Origin: a virus
Lineage: Duplodnaviria > Caudoviricetes
Length of the DNA: 64,000 bases
Strand: one strand, 5' to 3'
IMG/VR virus record: IMGVR_UViG_3300008262_000055
A program made the position numbers and the translations under genes. The notes under the pieces are model-generated. The model worked only from the letters and a program-made list of their open reading frames with translations, had not been told where the DNA came from and did not search any database. Positions 26,809-36,900 of this stretch are shown here, in pieces. Numbering within the stretch: position 1 is the first letter of the stretch; each line of letters starts with the position of its first letter.

Positions 26809-28617
26809 TTAGCTATTAGCAATCTTGATCAGCTTACCGTATTCGGGTAAAAATAGATATTCTATATCACTTTTAACCAATGTTTCAATAGCATCGTCTA
26901 GAGTTTCAACTAGCGGATCGCCACCTAGGTTAAAGCTGGTATTAAAAATAATAGGAATTCCTGTTTGATCGTAAAATTCTTTGATAAGATCGTAATAGTG
27001 AGGATTTTGTTCACGCTTTACGCTCTGTATTCTACAAGTTCCGTCAACGTGTATGATACTAGGAATCTTTTCAGCTATACCTGGCTTACAATTTACAGCG
27101 TACATCATGTGTGGTGTTTCGTCCATGCCACGTAAATCAAACCACTCATGTACATGCTCGTGTATAATACTGCCAGCGAACGGGCGGAAATATTCTCTAC
27201 GCTTTACAGTGTTAACAAAATCTTTGCCATCTGGAAATGTAGGATCAAATAGCACACTGCGATTACCCAATGCTCTAGGACCGTTTTCTGAACGTCCTTG
27301 GAATATTGTAACAATATTCTTTTCCCGCAACAATTTTACTACATCTTTATTAGTAGCATCTACAACTTCTCCGCCAGCATAAGATACTTTATCCAGTATC
27401 TCTCTTTCTGCGTAGGTATACTGCGGTCCTAGATATAGTGTGTCTAATTTATGCTTTTCACGACTATCTGCCATAGCATGCCAAAACATTAATCCAGCAC
27501 CCATGGCTGTTCCGGCATCATTACTGATAGGTTCAACATAGATATTAATACCTTCATCTTTTAACTGTTCAAGATAATGATAATTTGCCACACAATTTAG
27601 GCCATATCCACCGCTGATAACAACATTCTTCTTGCCACTGATTTCTACAGCTTTACGGATTAATCTAACTACTTGTTCTTGTGTTTGTGTTTGACACGCA
27701 TAGGCAAGATCTCTACGACTTTGGAGTTTAGTAGTATCTTCACCTTCTTGCGGCAACTCGTCAAGATAGTCAAATAAAGCACTATTAACTACTGAAGAAG
27801 AAGGATAGGCAGGCACGATTAGATTTCGATTAGACAACGGAACCTTCGAAGTAAAATCAAACAACTTAGGAATCTTATCGTTGGGTTTACCGTAGGGAAA
27901 TAATCCCATGGTTTTTCCTGCTTCGATAGATGAGAACCCACAATATTCGGTGACAGCCTCGTAGGTTTTAACTATACCTGCTCTATCCGAAAGCCATGCT
28001 TCATGGAACTCACCTGCTTCTCCAAATTGATCTGAAGGGCATTTGTCCATGTATGTGCCAGCAACAGCTTCGCGAGCACCATAATTTTTATAAAGAGTCT
28101 TAAACTGTGAAGGGTATCCGCAGTCAATAATTGACTCTACTTCCCACACCCATAAAGGTTCGTTGCCGTACATTAATTGAATAAATGTACCAGCACCGTC
28201 AACAATCAGTGCTACCGCATCATCAAAACCACTGCGATAAAACGCACAGGCAGCGTGAAGCTTGTGATGCATAAAACTTAAATCGACAACCTGAGGATGA
28301 TTGTGATTGTCTTCTTTGCGACTAATCAATCCTAGCTTACGTGCTAGACCAGTGTAAATATCATCGCCACTGAAATCAATTCTAGCAGCAGTATCTGTTA
28401 ATTTCTGTGTATGTGCTACAACTAGATAATCTAACTTATCGGTGTATTCTAAAATTTTAACCATTGAAGCTAGCGGGCCGCCATCGTATTTTTGACGGGT
28501 TAATCTTTCTTCTTCAATAGAAAAAACAATTTCTCCGTCTTTGAATAAACATACACCAGCATTGTGGCCACGTGCTATGGCTGCGATCCAACCGGAATTA
28601 AGTTTAGGTTCTGTCAT
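26809..28617 (-). CDS. O-carbamoyltransferase (NodU/CmcH/TobZ family)
   Basis: GHNAGVCLFKDGE...EEERLTR, HHKLHA, DGAG, GKTMGL.PYG, GGYGLNCVAN, GPRALGNRS, VKRREYFRPFA, HVDGTCRIQ, NTSFN. Confidence 0.93.
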   Translation of the reverse strand: MTEPKLNSGWIAAIARGHNAGVCLFKDGEIVFSIEEERLTRQKYDGGPLASMVKILEYTDKLDYLVVAHTQKLTDTAARIDFSGDDIYTGLARKLGLISRKEDNHNHPQVVDLSFMHHKLHAACAFYRSGFDDAVALIVDGAGTFIQLMYGNEPLWVWEVESIIDCGYPSQFKTLYKNYGAREAVAGTYMDKCPSDQFGEAGEFHEAWLSDRAGIVKTYEAVTEYCGFSSIEAGKTMGLFPYGKPNDKIPKLFDFTSKVPLSNRNLIVPAYPSSSVVNSALFDYLDELPQEGEDTTKLQSRRDLAYACQTQTQEQVVRLIRKAVEISGKKNVVISGGYGLNCVANYHYLEQLKDEGINIYVEPISNDAGTAMGAGLMFWHAMADSREKHKLDTLYLGPQYTYAEREILDKVSYAGGEVVDATNKDVVKLLREKNIVTIFQGRSENGPRALGNRSVLFDPTFPDGKDFVNTVKRREYFRPFAGSIIHEHVHEWFDLRGMDETPHMMYAVNCKPGIAEKIPSIIHVDGTCRIQSVKREQNPHYYDLIKEFYDQTGIPIIFNTSFNLGGDPLVETLDDAIETLVKSDIEYLFLPEYGKLIKIANS

Positions 28618-29555
28618 TTTTTGTGTTTTCCTTGTACGGCTTCTATAATATAATTTTGTATTTCTGGAGTCATAGTCATTATAGGTTCGTGTTTTCTATC
28701 AATGCGTTCATCCATGGTAATTCTAATAGGACTATATTCACGGGTTTCTTCTCCCATATCTAAAATTGTAAATGTTTTACAATCTGGGTAAGAAACATTA
28801 ATAGGATATGTTGACCCAAATAGCACAGTTGAAGGTTTGTCTACACAATAGGCCAAATGCTGTCCTAAGCTGTCACAGCCTAAGAAATGATCTGCGTATT
28901 TGATAATTGCTGCCCATTGACGCATAGAAACATTTTCTGGCATGGCGATTTCATCTTTGAATTTTTCATCAGTAAAATCAATTTTAAACTCACTCATTAA
29001 AATTACACCAAATTCTTTTTCCTGTAATCTTTTAATTAGAGCTTTTGTATCTTTAAATTCTATGCTTCGACTAGTTGAGTCAACTAACGAATCGTCAACT
29101 ACTTGTATTCCGCGACCAAAAGGTTGGAATACTACAATTTTACTTTTCTTTAATTGTTTTTTAACATCGCCAATCAGCTTGCGACCTGTTAATAGCTCGT
29201 CTTTGCTGAGAATCAATGTAGGCTTAGGCAATGCTCTAATACCTTTTTTATTAATTTCAATATCGAACGCCTGTGCTATAGAACATTTTTGATTATAGTA
29301 TTCCCATATCCTGTAGGGTTCTGGGCTAACAATATCTCGATCTTTGATCTTTTCTAAGAAAAGATGTTTATGCCATACATCATACGTTCTAGCATCGAGG
29401 GTGGGGTGACCTTTAAAAACATCTGTGCCGCCCTCGCAGATGATGATGAAATCCTTGTCTCCGGATTCCTGTTCGTATTTTTCAAATGCGGGTATTGAGC
29501 ATAACATACGGCCCGCACCACCGTTTAAAAAAAATGCTTTAGAGCGTTGTTCCAT
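28614..29555 (-). CDS. Glycosyltransferase family 9 (ADP-heptose heptosyltransferase-like)
   Basis: N-terminal GGAGRMLCSIPA; C-terminal AIIKYADHFLGCDSLGQHLAYCVDKPSTVLFGST matches the GT9 'D.G..H.A.A...P...LFG.T' pattern; ATGA-coupled to the carbamoyltransferase. Confidence 0.78.
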   Translation of the reverse strand: MEQRSKAFFLNGGAGRMLCSIPAFEKYEQESGDKDFIIICEGGTDVFKGHPTLDARTYDVWHKHLFLEKIKDRDIVSPEPYRIWEYYNQKCSIAQAFDIEINKKGIRALPKPTLILSKDELLTGRKLIGDVKKQLKKSKIVVFQPFGRGIQVVDDSLVDSTSRSIEFKDTKALIKRLQEKEFGVILMSEFKIDFTDEKFKDEIAMPENVSMRQWAAIIKYADHFLGCDSLGQHLAYCVDKPSTVLFGSTYPINVSYPDCKTFTILDMGEETREYSPIRITMDERIDRKHEPIMTMTPEIQNYIIEAVQGKHKK

Positions 29556-29557
29556 TT

Positions 29558-29636
29558 AAACTCCAAGAAAATAGGTTCTGTCTTACTATGTATCACTACA
29601 ATAATAACACAGAACCTAGTCTTGGTTCAAGAGTTT
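29558..29636 (-). promoter_or_regulatory. Long RBS-sequestering hairpin containing a sigma70-type promoter
   Basis: Arms AAACTC/GAGTTT, CAAGA/TCTTG, TAGGTTCTGT/ACAGAACCTA, TTATTA/TAGTAA, TGTA/TACA, GTGA loop; TTGAAC (29630-29625) - 18 nt - TATTAT (29606-29601) with TG extension. Confidence 0.7.
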
Positions 29637-29638
29637 TT

Positions 29639-30286
29639 TTAAATTAAAGTTGGTAAGTTACTTGGGAATGGAATTTTCCAATGATCAACACCGGCGTAAA
29701 GTCTTTCCAAATCACGAAGCCATGCTATGTGAGCAGCAAAGGCTGTTCGGTCTTCATCTGTATAATCATTTATTTGTAGACTTTGTTCAATAGCTGTAGC
29801 TATATTTCTATAGTTTTCAATAAGACTTTGTTTAGTAACAGCGTGTAATCTATATTCTGGTCCTACAAATTGATTATTGATATATTTTAACGATTGGCCA
29901 TAAAAACATTGTCCAATTGATCCAGTATTATCATCGTAATGATATGTGTAGTTCCATTCGTTGCCGTCAGCATCGACTAAATCTGTCGAATAATCAGCAA
30001 CATCGCCAGTTTCATATGTATTCAACAAATAAGCGGCAGGAAACGGATGTTCGTTAGCGTCAATCAAATAAAATGTTGTTGCTGGATCATCATCTACAAG
30101 ATTATCAAAATCAATCTCTGCCAAAGACTCTCCTCTTCTAGCAATATATTTGATTTCGCCTGTAGCATCAATGACACAGATAGCGAAGTAACGAGGTCCA
30201 GTATAGACCGCATTCTGTACCTTGTTTAGAGCCGTGGTGTTTTTGTATGGCTCATCTGGTAATAAAAATGTAAAATTTTTTCTCAT
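29639..30286 (-). CDS. Probable tail-fibre assembly chaperone
   Basis: C-terminal DRTAFAAHIAWLRDL...WKIPFP resembles the phage tail-assembly chaperone 'YRqaLRDlP...WP' pattern; directly downstream of the Cys-rich genes; TAAATA at 30303-30308. Confidence 0.5.
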   Translation of the reverse strand: MRKNFTFLLPDEPYKNTTALNKVQNAVYTGPRYFAICVIDATGEIKYIARRGESLAEIDFDNLVDDDPATTFYLIDANEHPFPAAYLLNTYETGDVADYSTDLVDADGNEWNYTYHYDDNTGSIGQCFYGQSLKYINNQFVGPEYRLHAVTKQSLIENYRNIATAIEQSLQINDYTDEDRTAFAAHIAWLRDLERLYAGVDHWKIPFPSNLPTLI

Positions 30287-30305
30287 AATCTTCCTCTAAC
30301 ACTAT

Positions 30306-31274
30306 TTATGTAAAGAATCTAATTCTAACAGCACCCCATCCGCCGCGACCAGCATGGTCACGAACCCCTGGACATGGGCTTGTTGGGTATCCACCTGTTG
30401 CTGGTGGTGCGTAGTGAATACAGCCCTGCATTTCATAACATCCGCATTTTCTATCTGATCTCCAGCAATAGTTCATAGGAATGCCGCCGGTGGGCGATCT
30501 ACGCAATGCTGAAAACGCATTTACTTCCTGCATTAACGGTTGACCTGACCAGTTTGAATGTCTGTTGTCATCTTCAGCACCAAACGCTGCTACGTTATAA
30601 GGTCCGCAACTATAAAATCCTGCCGGAGATGCTGTGTGATATTGAAAACAGCAAGGACACTGTGGTAAGCAACCAAAGAATACTGAACAACTGAAATGAC
30701 CACAACAGTTTGTGTCACCGCCGTAAGCACAAGCAATCCAAATACCGTTAAAATAATTACAGATAACACCGCAGTTATCGTTAAATGGTCCTGTAAAACA
30801 GTGTGATTGGTTAACAAAGCAACAGAACAATGATGTTCCTGTAGAGCACATACCGCGGCCACCTGCTCCGCCCTGGGCACAGATACAACCGTTTTGAGCA
30901 GCAGCACACTGAGTCCAACATACTCCAGTAGGATCTGAACAACCACGGAAACACAATGCGGAACTGTTACCACAACTGTTACCAATAGTACCTCTTACAA
31001 AATCGGTTGAACTAACACAAATTGTTTTTTTAGAATAAGCACCTGCGTTACCTGGAGTACCTCCACCGCAGCAGCACATCTGTGCTCCGGATCCGCCAGC
31101 ACCCCATACTTCAATTACTGCTCTACCAGTTGATGGAGGATTCCAACAAAACCCGTTACAAAAGTTTGTATACATGGTACCTGGTGTGAACACATAGATT
31201 CTGCCTGTTTCTAGGTTTTCCTCTACGCGACCAGTTGTTCTTGATCTTATTAAATTTTGAAACGATGTAGGCAT
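30306..31274 (-). CDS. Cys/Gly-rich fibre-tip-like protein, paralogue 1 (about 33 Cys)
   Basis: IEVWGAGGSGA.MCCCGGG.PGN.GAYSKK...GRGGWGAVRIRF glycine-rich domain. Confidence 0.75.
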   Translation of the reverse strand: MPTSFQNLIRSRTTGRVEENLETGRIYVFTPGTMYTNFCNGFCWNPPSTGRAVIEVWGAGGSGAQMCCCGGGTPGNAGAYSKKTICVSSTDFVRGTIGNSCGNSSALCFRGCSDPTGVCWTQCAAAQNGCICAQGGAGGRGMCSTGTSLFCCFVNQSHCFTGPFNDNCGVICNYFNGIWIACAYGGDTNCCGHFSCSVFFGCLPQCPCCFQYHTASPAGFYSCGPYNVAAFGAEDDNRHSNWSGQPLMQEVNAFSALRRSPTGGIPMNYCWRSDRKCGCYEMQGCIHYAPPATGGYPTSPCPGVRDHAGRGGWGAVRIRFFT

Positions 31275-31285
31275 TATTTTATCTC

Positions 31286-32281
31286 TTATAAATCTCTTAC
31301 TGTACCATCTTGTACGAATCGGATACGAATAGCACCATGGCCGCCACGATATGCGTGATCACGCACATCGCCGCATGGAAATGGTGGTAATCCTGGAAAC
31401 CCTGGCGGAACAAATGGTATACATCCGTTACCGTCATAACATCCGCAAGTTCTACCGCCAGTCCAACATGAGTGAGCACCGTCAACACCGCGACCTGGTT
31501 GGCGTCCTGCTACGTTTAACCCATATAAGAAACCATTTAGTGCCATTCCGCTCCAGCTAGAGTGGCCGCTATCGCCCTCATTAGTGTAGGTAATTTCCGC
31601 ACCGCAATCGCTGTAATATCCCGGTGGCGTTGCTACGTGGAAAAATGTAGAACATGGACAGCTTGGTGTACATCCAAAGAAAGTAGCACGGCTAAAACCG
31701 CCTCTTGCGTTAACATCGCCACCAAACGCATCAGCACAACATGATGCTGTACCTGTTCCGTAGTTACAGATAATTCCACAGTTGGCATTAAATGGACCAG
31801 TTCCGCAGAATCCGCCAGCTTGGAAACAGCACCACATTGATGTTCCTGTAGAACAGAAAGTAGTACCTCCGCGGCCACCTTGAGCACACATACATCCGTT
31901 AGTTGTTGTAGAACGCCAGCATACACCTGTGGGTTCTGAGCAACCTCGGAAACATAAATCGTTTGAATTGCCGCAGCTAAATCCAATAGTTCCTGTAATT
32001 AAGCAGCCAGAAGCTACACAGATAGTTTTCTTAGAGTAAGCTCCAGGATTACCTGGAATACCGCCACCGCAGCAGCACATCTTAGCACCACTACCGCCAG
32101 CACCCCAAATTTCAACTGTAGCAAGTCCGCTAGCAGGAGCAATCCAACAAACTTCGCCGCACATCTTTGTTCGGACATTACCATGAGTGTATGCCCAAAT
32201 TCGACCTTGTTCGAGATTTTCTTCTTCGAATGCGATAAACGGTAATTTTGCCTGAACAAGACCTTTAAATGATGTTGGCAT
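31286..32281 (-). CDS. Cys/Gly-rich fibre-tip-like protein, paralogue 2 (about 30 Cys)
   Basis: Same motifs and same MPTSF start. Confidence 0.75.
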   Translation of the reverse strand: MPTSFKGLVQAKLPFIAFEEENLEQGRIWAYTHGNVRTKMCGEVCWIAPASGLATVEIWGAGGSGAKMCCCGGGIPGNPGAYSKKTICVASGCLITGTIGFSCGNSNDLCFRGCSEPTGVCWRSTTTNGCMCAQGGRGGTTFCSTGTSMWCCFQAGGFCGTGPFNANCGIICNYGTGTASCCADAFGGDVNARGGFSRATFFGCTPSCPCSTFFHVATPPGYYSDCGAEITYTNEGDSGHSSWSGMALNGFLYGLNVAGRQPGRGVDGAHSCWTGGRTCGCYDGNGCIPFVPPGFPGLPPFPCGDVRDHAYRGGHGAIRIRFVQDGTVRDL

Positions 32282-32282
32282 C

Positions 32283-33251
32283 TTATTGTCCCTCTATAAA
32301 TCTAATACGGATAGCACCGTGGCCGCCGCGACGACCGTGGTCGCGAACTTCAGGACATGGATTAGGAGGAGTTCCAGGATAACCTGGACCTACACCTGTG
32401 TAGCATCCTTCGTTGTCATAACAGCCGCAGCCGCCGCCAAATCCCCAACAGTACGACCAGGGGATGCCGTGTGTTGGTTGTCTTGACTGTGCGTTTAATG
32501 CTGATTGATGTTGATGGGCACCTTGGCCCGACCAGTTTGAGAATTCGTTGCTGTTTTCTGTACCAAATACTACAACTCCGCCGCATTTAGAAACATATCC
32601 CGGTGGTGTTGCTACGTGGTAGGTAAAAGAACAGATGCATGGGCCTTGACAGCCTAAAAATGCTGTACAGCTAAATCCGCCGCAACGGTTAACGTCGCCG
32701 CCGTAACCACAGGCAATCCAAATTCCACCAAAGTAATTACAGATCGTTCCGCAGTTATCGTTGTATGGGCCTCGAGAACAATATCCGTTAGCAGCAAAAC
32801 AGCAATATAATGATGTTCCTGTAGTACAGAAACTTCTACCGCCTGCTCCACCCTGGGCACATAAGCAGCCCGACGCCCCGCAGTTTCCTGTCCATGTTAC
32901 ACCAGTTGCGTCTGAGCAACCTCGGAAACAGATAGCATCTGCGTTACCGCAGCTAAATCCCACTGCTCCGCAGACATAACAGCCCGATTCTACTCGGATA
33001 GCTTTCTTTGAATAAGCACCTGCGTTGCCAGGAAGTCCTCCTCCGCAGCAGCACATACGAGCACCACTACCGCCAGCACCCCAAATTTCTATAACTGCTG
33101 TACCTCTAGCAGGGGCTTTCCAACAAATTTGATAGTTGGTATAGTTGTTGCCCGGTGTATATAGCCAGATTCTGCCACGCTCGAGATGTTCCTCGGTAGC
33201 GTAGATACCATCGCCTTTGATCTGAACTAAATTCCTAAATGATGTTGGCAT
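32283..33251 (-). CDS. Cys/Gly-rich fibre-tip-like protein, paralogue 3 (about 30 Cys)
   Basis: Same motifs and same MPTSF start. Confidence 0.75.
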   Translation of the reverse strand: MPTSFRNLVQIKGDGIYATEEHLERGRIWLYTPGNNYTNYQICWKAPARGTAVIEIWGAGGSGARMCCCGGGLPGNAGAYSKKAIRVESGCYVCGAVGFSCGNADAICFRGCSDATGVTWTGNCGASGCLCAQGGAGGRSFCTTGTSLYCCFAANGYCSRGPYNDNCGTICNYFGGIWIACGYGGDVNRCGGFSCTAFLGCQGPCICSFTYHVATPPGYVSKCGGVVVFGTENSNEFSNWSGQGAHQHQSALNAQSRQPTHGIPWSYCWGFGGGCGCYDNEGCYTGVGPGYPGTPPNPCPEVRDHGRRGGHGAIRIRFIEGQ

Positions 33252-33272
33252 GTTTCTTCCTGTTTTTATTCA

Positions 33273-33605
33273 TCAAGCAGATGATACTACCCATCCGTAT
33301 GTTGAGCCTGTATAAACCAAAGTAATGATCGATCCATTAACGTCGATGGTTAAATCGTCGTTGATGTTTTGAATTTTAGCACCATTTCTACCAACTGTAA
33401 TGTTGTTAGTTGCTGCTACACCGCCAATATCGATAATCTGTATCGTATCGTTGAGTAGTAACGTAGAAACGTTTGGTAGTGTGATTGTAAAAGCACCACC
33501 CGCACTAGACGCTAAAATGCGATCATTGACTGAAGCGTTAAAGGCTGCAGAAACTTCACGAATAACGTTATTCGCTGTGCCTGTTGTTGTAATATATCTT
33601 CCCAT
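33273..33605 (-). CDS. Small tail-fibre connector domain (T4 gp34/gp36-type module)
   Basis: SSAGGAFTITLP...DTIQIID..G....NNITV.RNG..I...DDL.ID......LVY.....GW; TAAATA at 33626-33631. Confidence 0.65.
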   Translation of the reverse strand: MGRYITTTGTANNVIREVSAAFNASVNDRILASSAGGAFTITLPNVSTLLLNDTIQIIDIGGVAATNNITVGRNGAKIQNINDDLTIDVNGSIITLVYTGSTYGWVVSSA

Positions 33606-33628
33606 GTAAATCCCCTGTCAATGTATAT

Positions 33629-33949
33629 TTATGCTGTTGGTGTTTCTATGCCGAACGCTACTGCACTAACGTTAGCACCGCTGGAATAGACTACTAAAAG
33701 CCTTCCTGCGTCCATAACAATACCTGTGCGTTCTAGAACACCCTTGCCCAAAACTTCTGTGTCAAATTCAATCCATTCTGCTGCTACGGGCGTTGCAGCA
33801 GCGGATACAGCTACTCTTACAGCAACCGCTTGGTTGCCTCTGTTACAGATTGACAAGGTAACCACCGAAAATGTGTCCGACGGAACTGTGTATACTGTTG
33901 TATTTGTAGCTGCTGCTATATCGTTAGCACCTAATCTACCTGTTGCCAT
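33629..33949 (-). CDS. Small beta-sandwich virion protein, family member A
   Basis: TTVYTVP...VTLSICN...VRVAV...LERTGIVM; similar to 45913 and 60063. Confidence 0.7.
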   Translation of the reverse strand: MATGRLGANDIAAATNTTVYTVPSDTFSVVTLSICNRGNQAVAVRVAVSAAATPVAAEWIEFDTEVLGKGVLERTGIVMDAGRLLVVYSSGANVSAVAFGIETPTA

Positions 33950-33961
33950 TTAAAATCTCCA

Positions 33962-36900
33962 TTAACTATGTAAAAATAAGTTCATAGCCACCGGTACTCC
34001 ATTAATACCACCAATGAAATTCATCGGAGCAAGCACGTTAATGCGGCCGCCTGTGGTGGTTGTAATGTAGTCATTAGCTACAAATATCTGACCTGCTGTG
34101 AGAGTATTTACGTTCAGGGTACTGGAACCTGAACCAATTTGTGAAGCAATATAAGCCTTAACTGCTCTCTGAGTAGGTATAACTGAATCTGAATCCTGTG
34201 TAAAGAACGGATCTGTACTGAATTCAGTGATTGTAGCACCCCCTGTGCCCAATTCTACCGAGCCCAAGCTGAGCTCTTGTAGTCCTGCAATGTTAAACGC
34301 ATCTGCGTTTAGTGTAGCAGTACCTGTACTTTGTTCGACTGTGAATAATCCACCAACTCGGAAGTTACCGTCCTGGTCTGTTGATGTGTAGAACACACGA
34401 CCACCATTGCTTTCCACAGTTTCATTGGTTGGAATTGGATCAATCAGTGGCAATCCTGGATAATTTGTACTGGTGAAATTACCAGTACCAATATCTAAGA
34501 AGTCATGGCCTGTTAGTCGAACCTGTGAATAACGTATCCTAATTTCAAAAGGATCTTCGTGTGGCACAGCTTCGGGTATTTCAATAGGTGGGCTTACCTG
34601 TAATCTAGCTGTATAAGGCCCGGTTCCTAGTAGTTGTGTAACAGTGACTAATTTATAGAACTGTCCAGGTAAACTGTTAAATTCAACGTTTGATCCTGGT
34701 ACCGGTATAGAATATAATCCCTTAACGTCAACATAGCTGCCATTTTGGAATATATCAGCATAACCATCTCCAACTACCGAACCTGTAGCCACTTCCCAAT
34801 CAGCACCCCTAGTGATAAATGTAGGATTCGCTAGTACACCGTTGCCTACTCGCACTGTATGTGGTGCTTCGTAGGTATTATTAGGATCTGTGACAGTTAA
34901 CGCAGGCGGAGTTACTGAACTATAACCGCTACCTGGTTCTATTACTCTAAATTCCACAATCTTAGTATCAGCAACTCTAGCACGTACATAAGCTCTTGTT
35001 CCGGTTACCAATGCTGCCGGACCTGCTACTGTTGACTGCGGAATAATCCATAATGGAGATCCGTTTGGATTGCCAAATATTGGTCTTCCTGTAGTAGTAT
35101 AAGCAGCAGTACCCTGTGTCCAAGTACGGCCATCCTGTGATTTCCAATGTGCTGTAGAAGAAGCAGATCCTGTTGCTACAAAGGTACCTTGCCCGTATCC
35201 TACTTTACCAACAGTGATAGTGTTTAATACTCCGGTCCAACTAGTTCCATCGTTGCTAACAGCAATATTAGATCCTGTAGAACTCACAGCCACAAACACA
35301 TTATTTCCATACGCAATACTGCTCCAGTCGGCGAGCCCTGTAAGAGCAGCCGAAGTCCATGTAATACCGTCTAAACTATATGCCGAGGTTACTGATCCAG
35401 GAGCACCTGCCGTAGAAACAGCAAAGAATCTGCCTTTACCGTAGGTAATGCTTGGCCAATTTGTACGTGTAGGTAAATTATTAGCACCGTTAGCCCAAGT
35501 TGTACCATTAGTAGATACTAGTGGAGTGGCAGAATCCGCTCTAACAGCAACAAAACGACCTCCACCAAACGCTACAGATGTTACATCACTAATTTGCGGT
35601 ATAGTTGCTGAGTTCCAAGTTACTCCGCCGTCTGTACTATAAGCTGCTCCTGTGGCAGCATTTCCTAATGCTACAACGTAGGAAACTCCGCCAATATCCC
35701 CACTGGCTATCGCTGTCCATATGTTGATTGATGGTAGAGTAGATGTTTGCCAAGTTGTACCATTGGTTGAATAATATGCTGTGTTAGTTGATACTCCGCC
35801 ATTCGCCAGTAGTATTACAAAATTACCACCCCTGCCTTTGCCTTCATAGGAAAATGTTAATATTTCTCCGACTACTAACCCTGGAGTTGAATCTACGGTT
35901 TCGATACGTATTCTAAGATCATTGGCAGGTGTTGTTCCTCCTAATGAGGTGCCTAAGATGGTCAACAAATTATTATTAACATAATTTTGTCCGGCTTGAT
36001 TTAAAGTAACAGTATATGTTTCACCATTTCTAGTTATATTAAATGTAGCACCGGTTCCAGCACCGCCTGAAGCAGACACATTGGTAAATGTTTGTCTTAC
36101 ATTGGCATAAACAGCATCTGATTGACCAACTACTGAGCCTCCTGAGACGCTAGGAGAACTTTCGGTAGGTGCTGCTACTGTTACTCTTGGTTCAATGATG
36201 TATAATGATGAGGGATCTGGTGCTACAATAGCTGTACCTGGCACAACATGATCCCATCCACTAGTGCCAGTTGACTCTCTATAAACTCCTGCTAGTTTAG
36301 AACCAGCATTGTAGGTGTTGATATAACCATATTGACCTACACCAGTTCCGGATTGGATATAAATTCTCATACCAATATAAGCTGAACTGGTTTGATCGTC
36401 AGTGGCTGCTAGGGTAATTGAACTAGTTGTTCCACTTTGAGCAACGTTTTCTGAACTTAGATAATCAAGGCCGCCAAATTGTCCTGAACTGTCGTCATTG
36501 TCTAACAATCTAACTTCAAAAATACCGCCATCTCTAGTCTCATTACCAACAGTAGTAAATGATGTTCCTGGTCCGTTAAATGTAAACGTGCCTGAGGTAT
36601 AATCAATACCAGCATTTTGATATTCAACACGTAGTACCTGTTGACCGTTGGTTAATACTTTTGTGATCAGTGCTTCTTCGTATCGGTTATTAACTATACC
36701 TGTGATTGCTGTTTCTGTAGCATCAACCCCTTCTGCTACACAACCGTATGTTCCGTATGAGCTGTTACCGTTAGTAGCACGTATCTTACCACCGTCTTCT
36801 GCTAGATACCCAATATGTCCGTAATATCCAAACACAGATACAAGTTCTGTTCTACCTAGATTGGTACACCATACACCAATACCGTCTGAAATTACTTGTG

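Noticed and set aside
30306-33251. Diversity-generating retroelement acting on the Cys-rich paralogues
   Set aside because: No reverse transcriptase in the window and no template/variable repeat pair differing only at adenines; shared patches (for example 29 bp at about 32085 and 33061) are ordinary paralogy.
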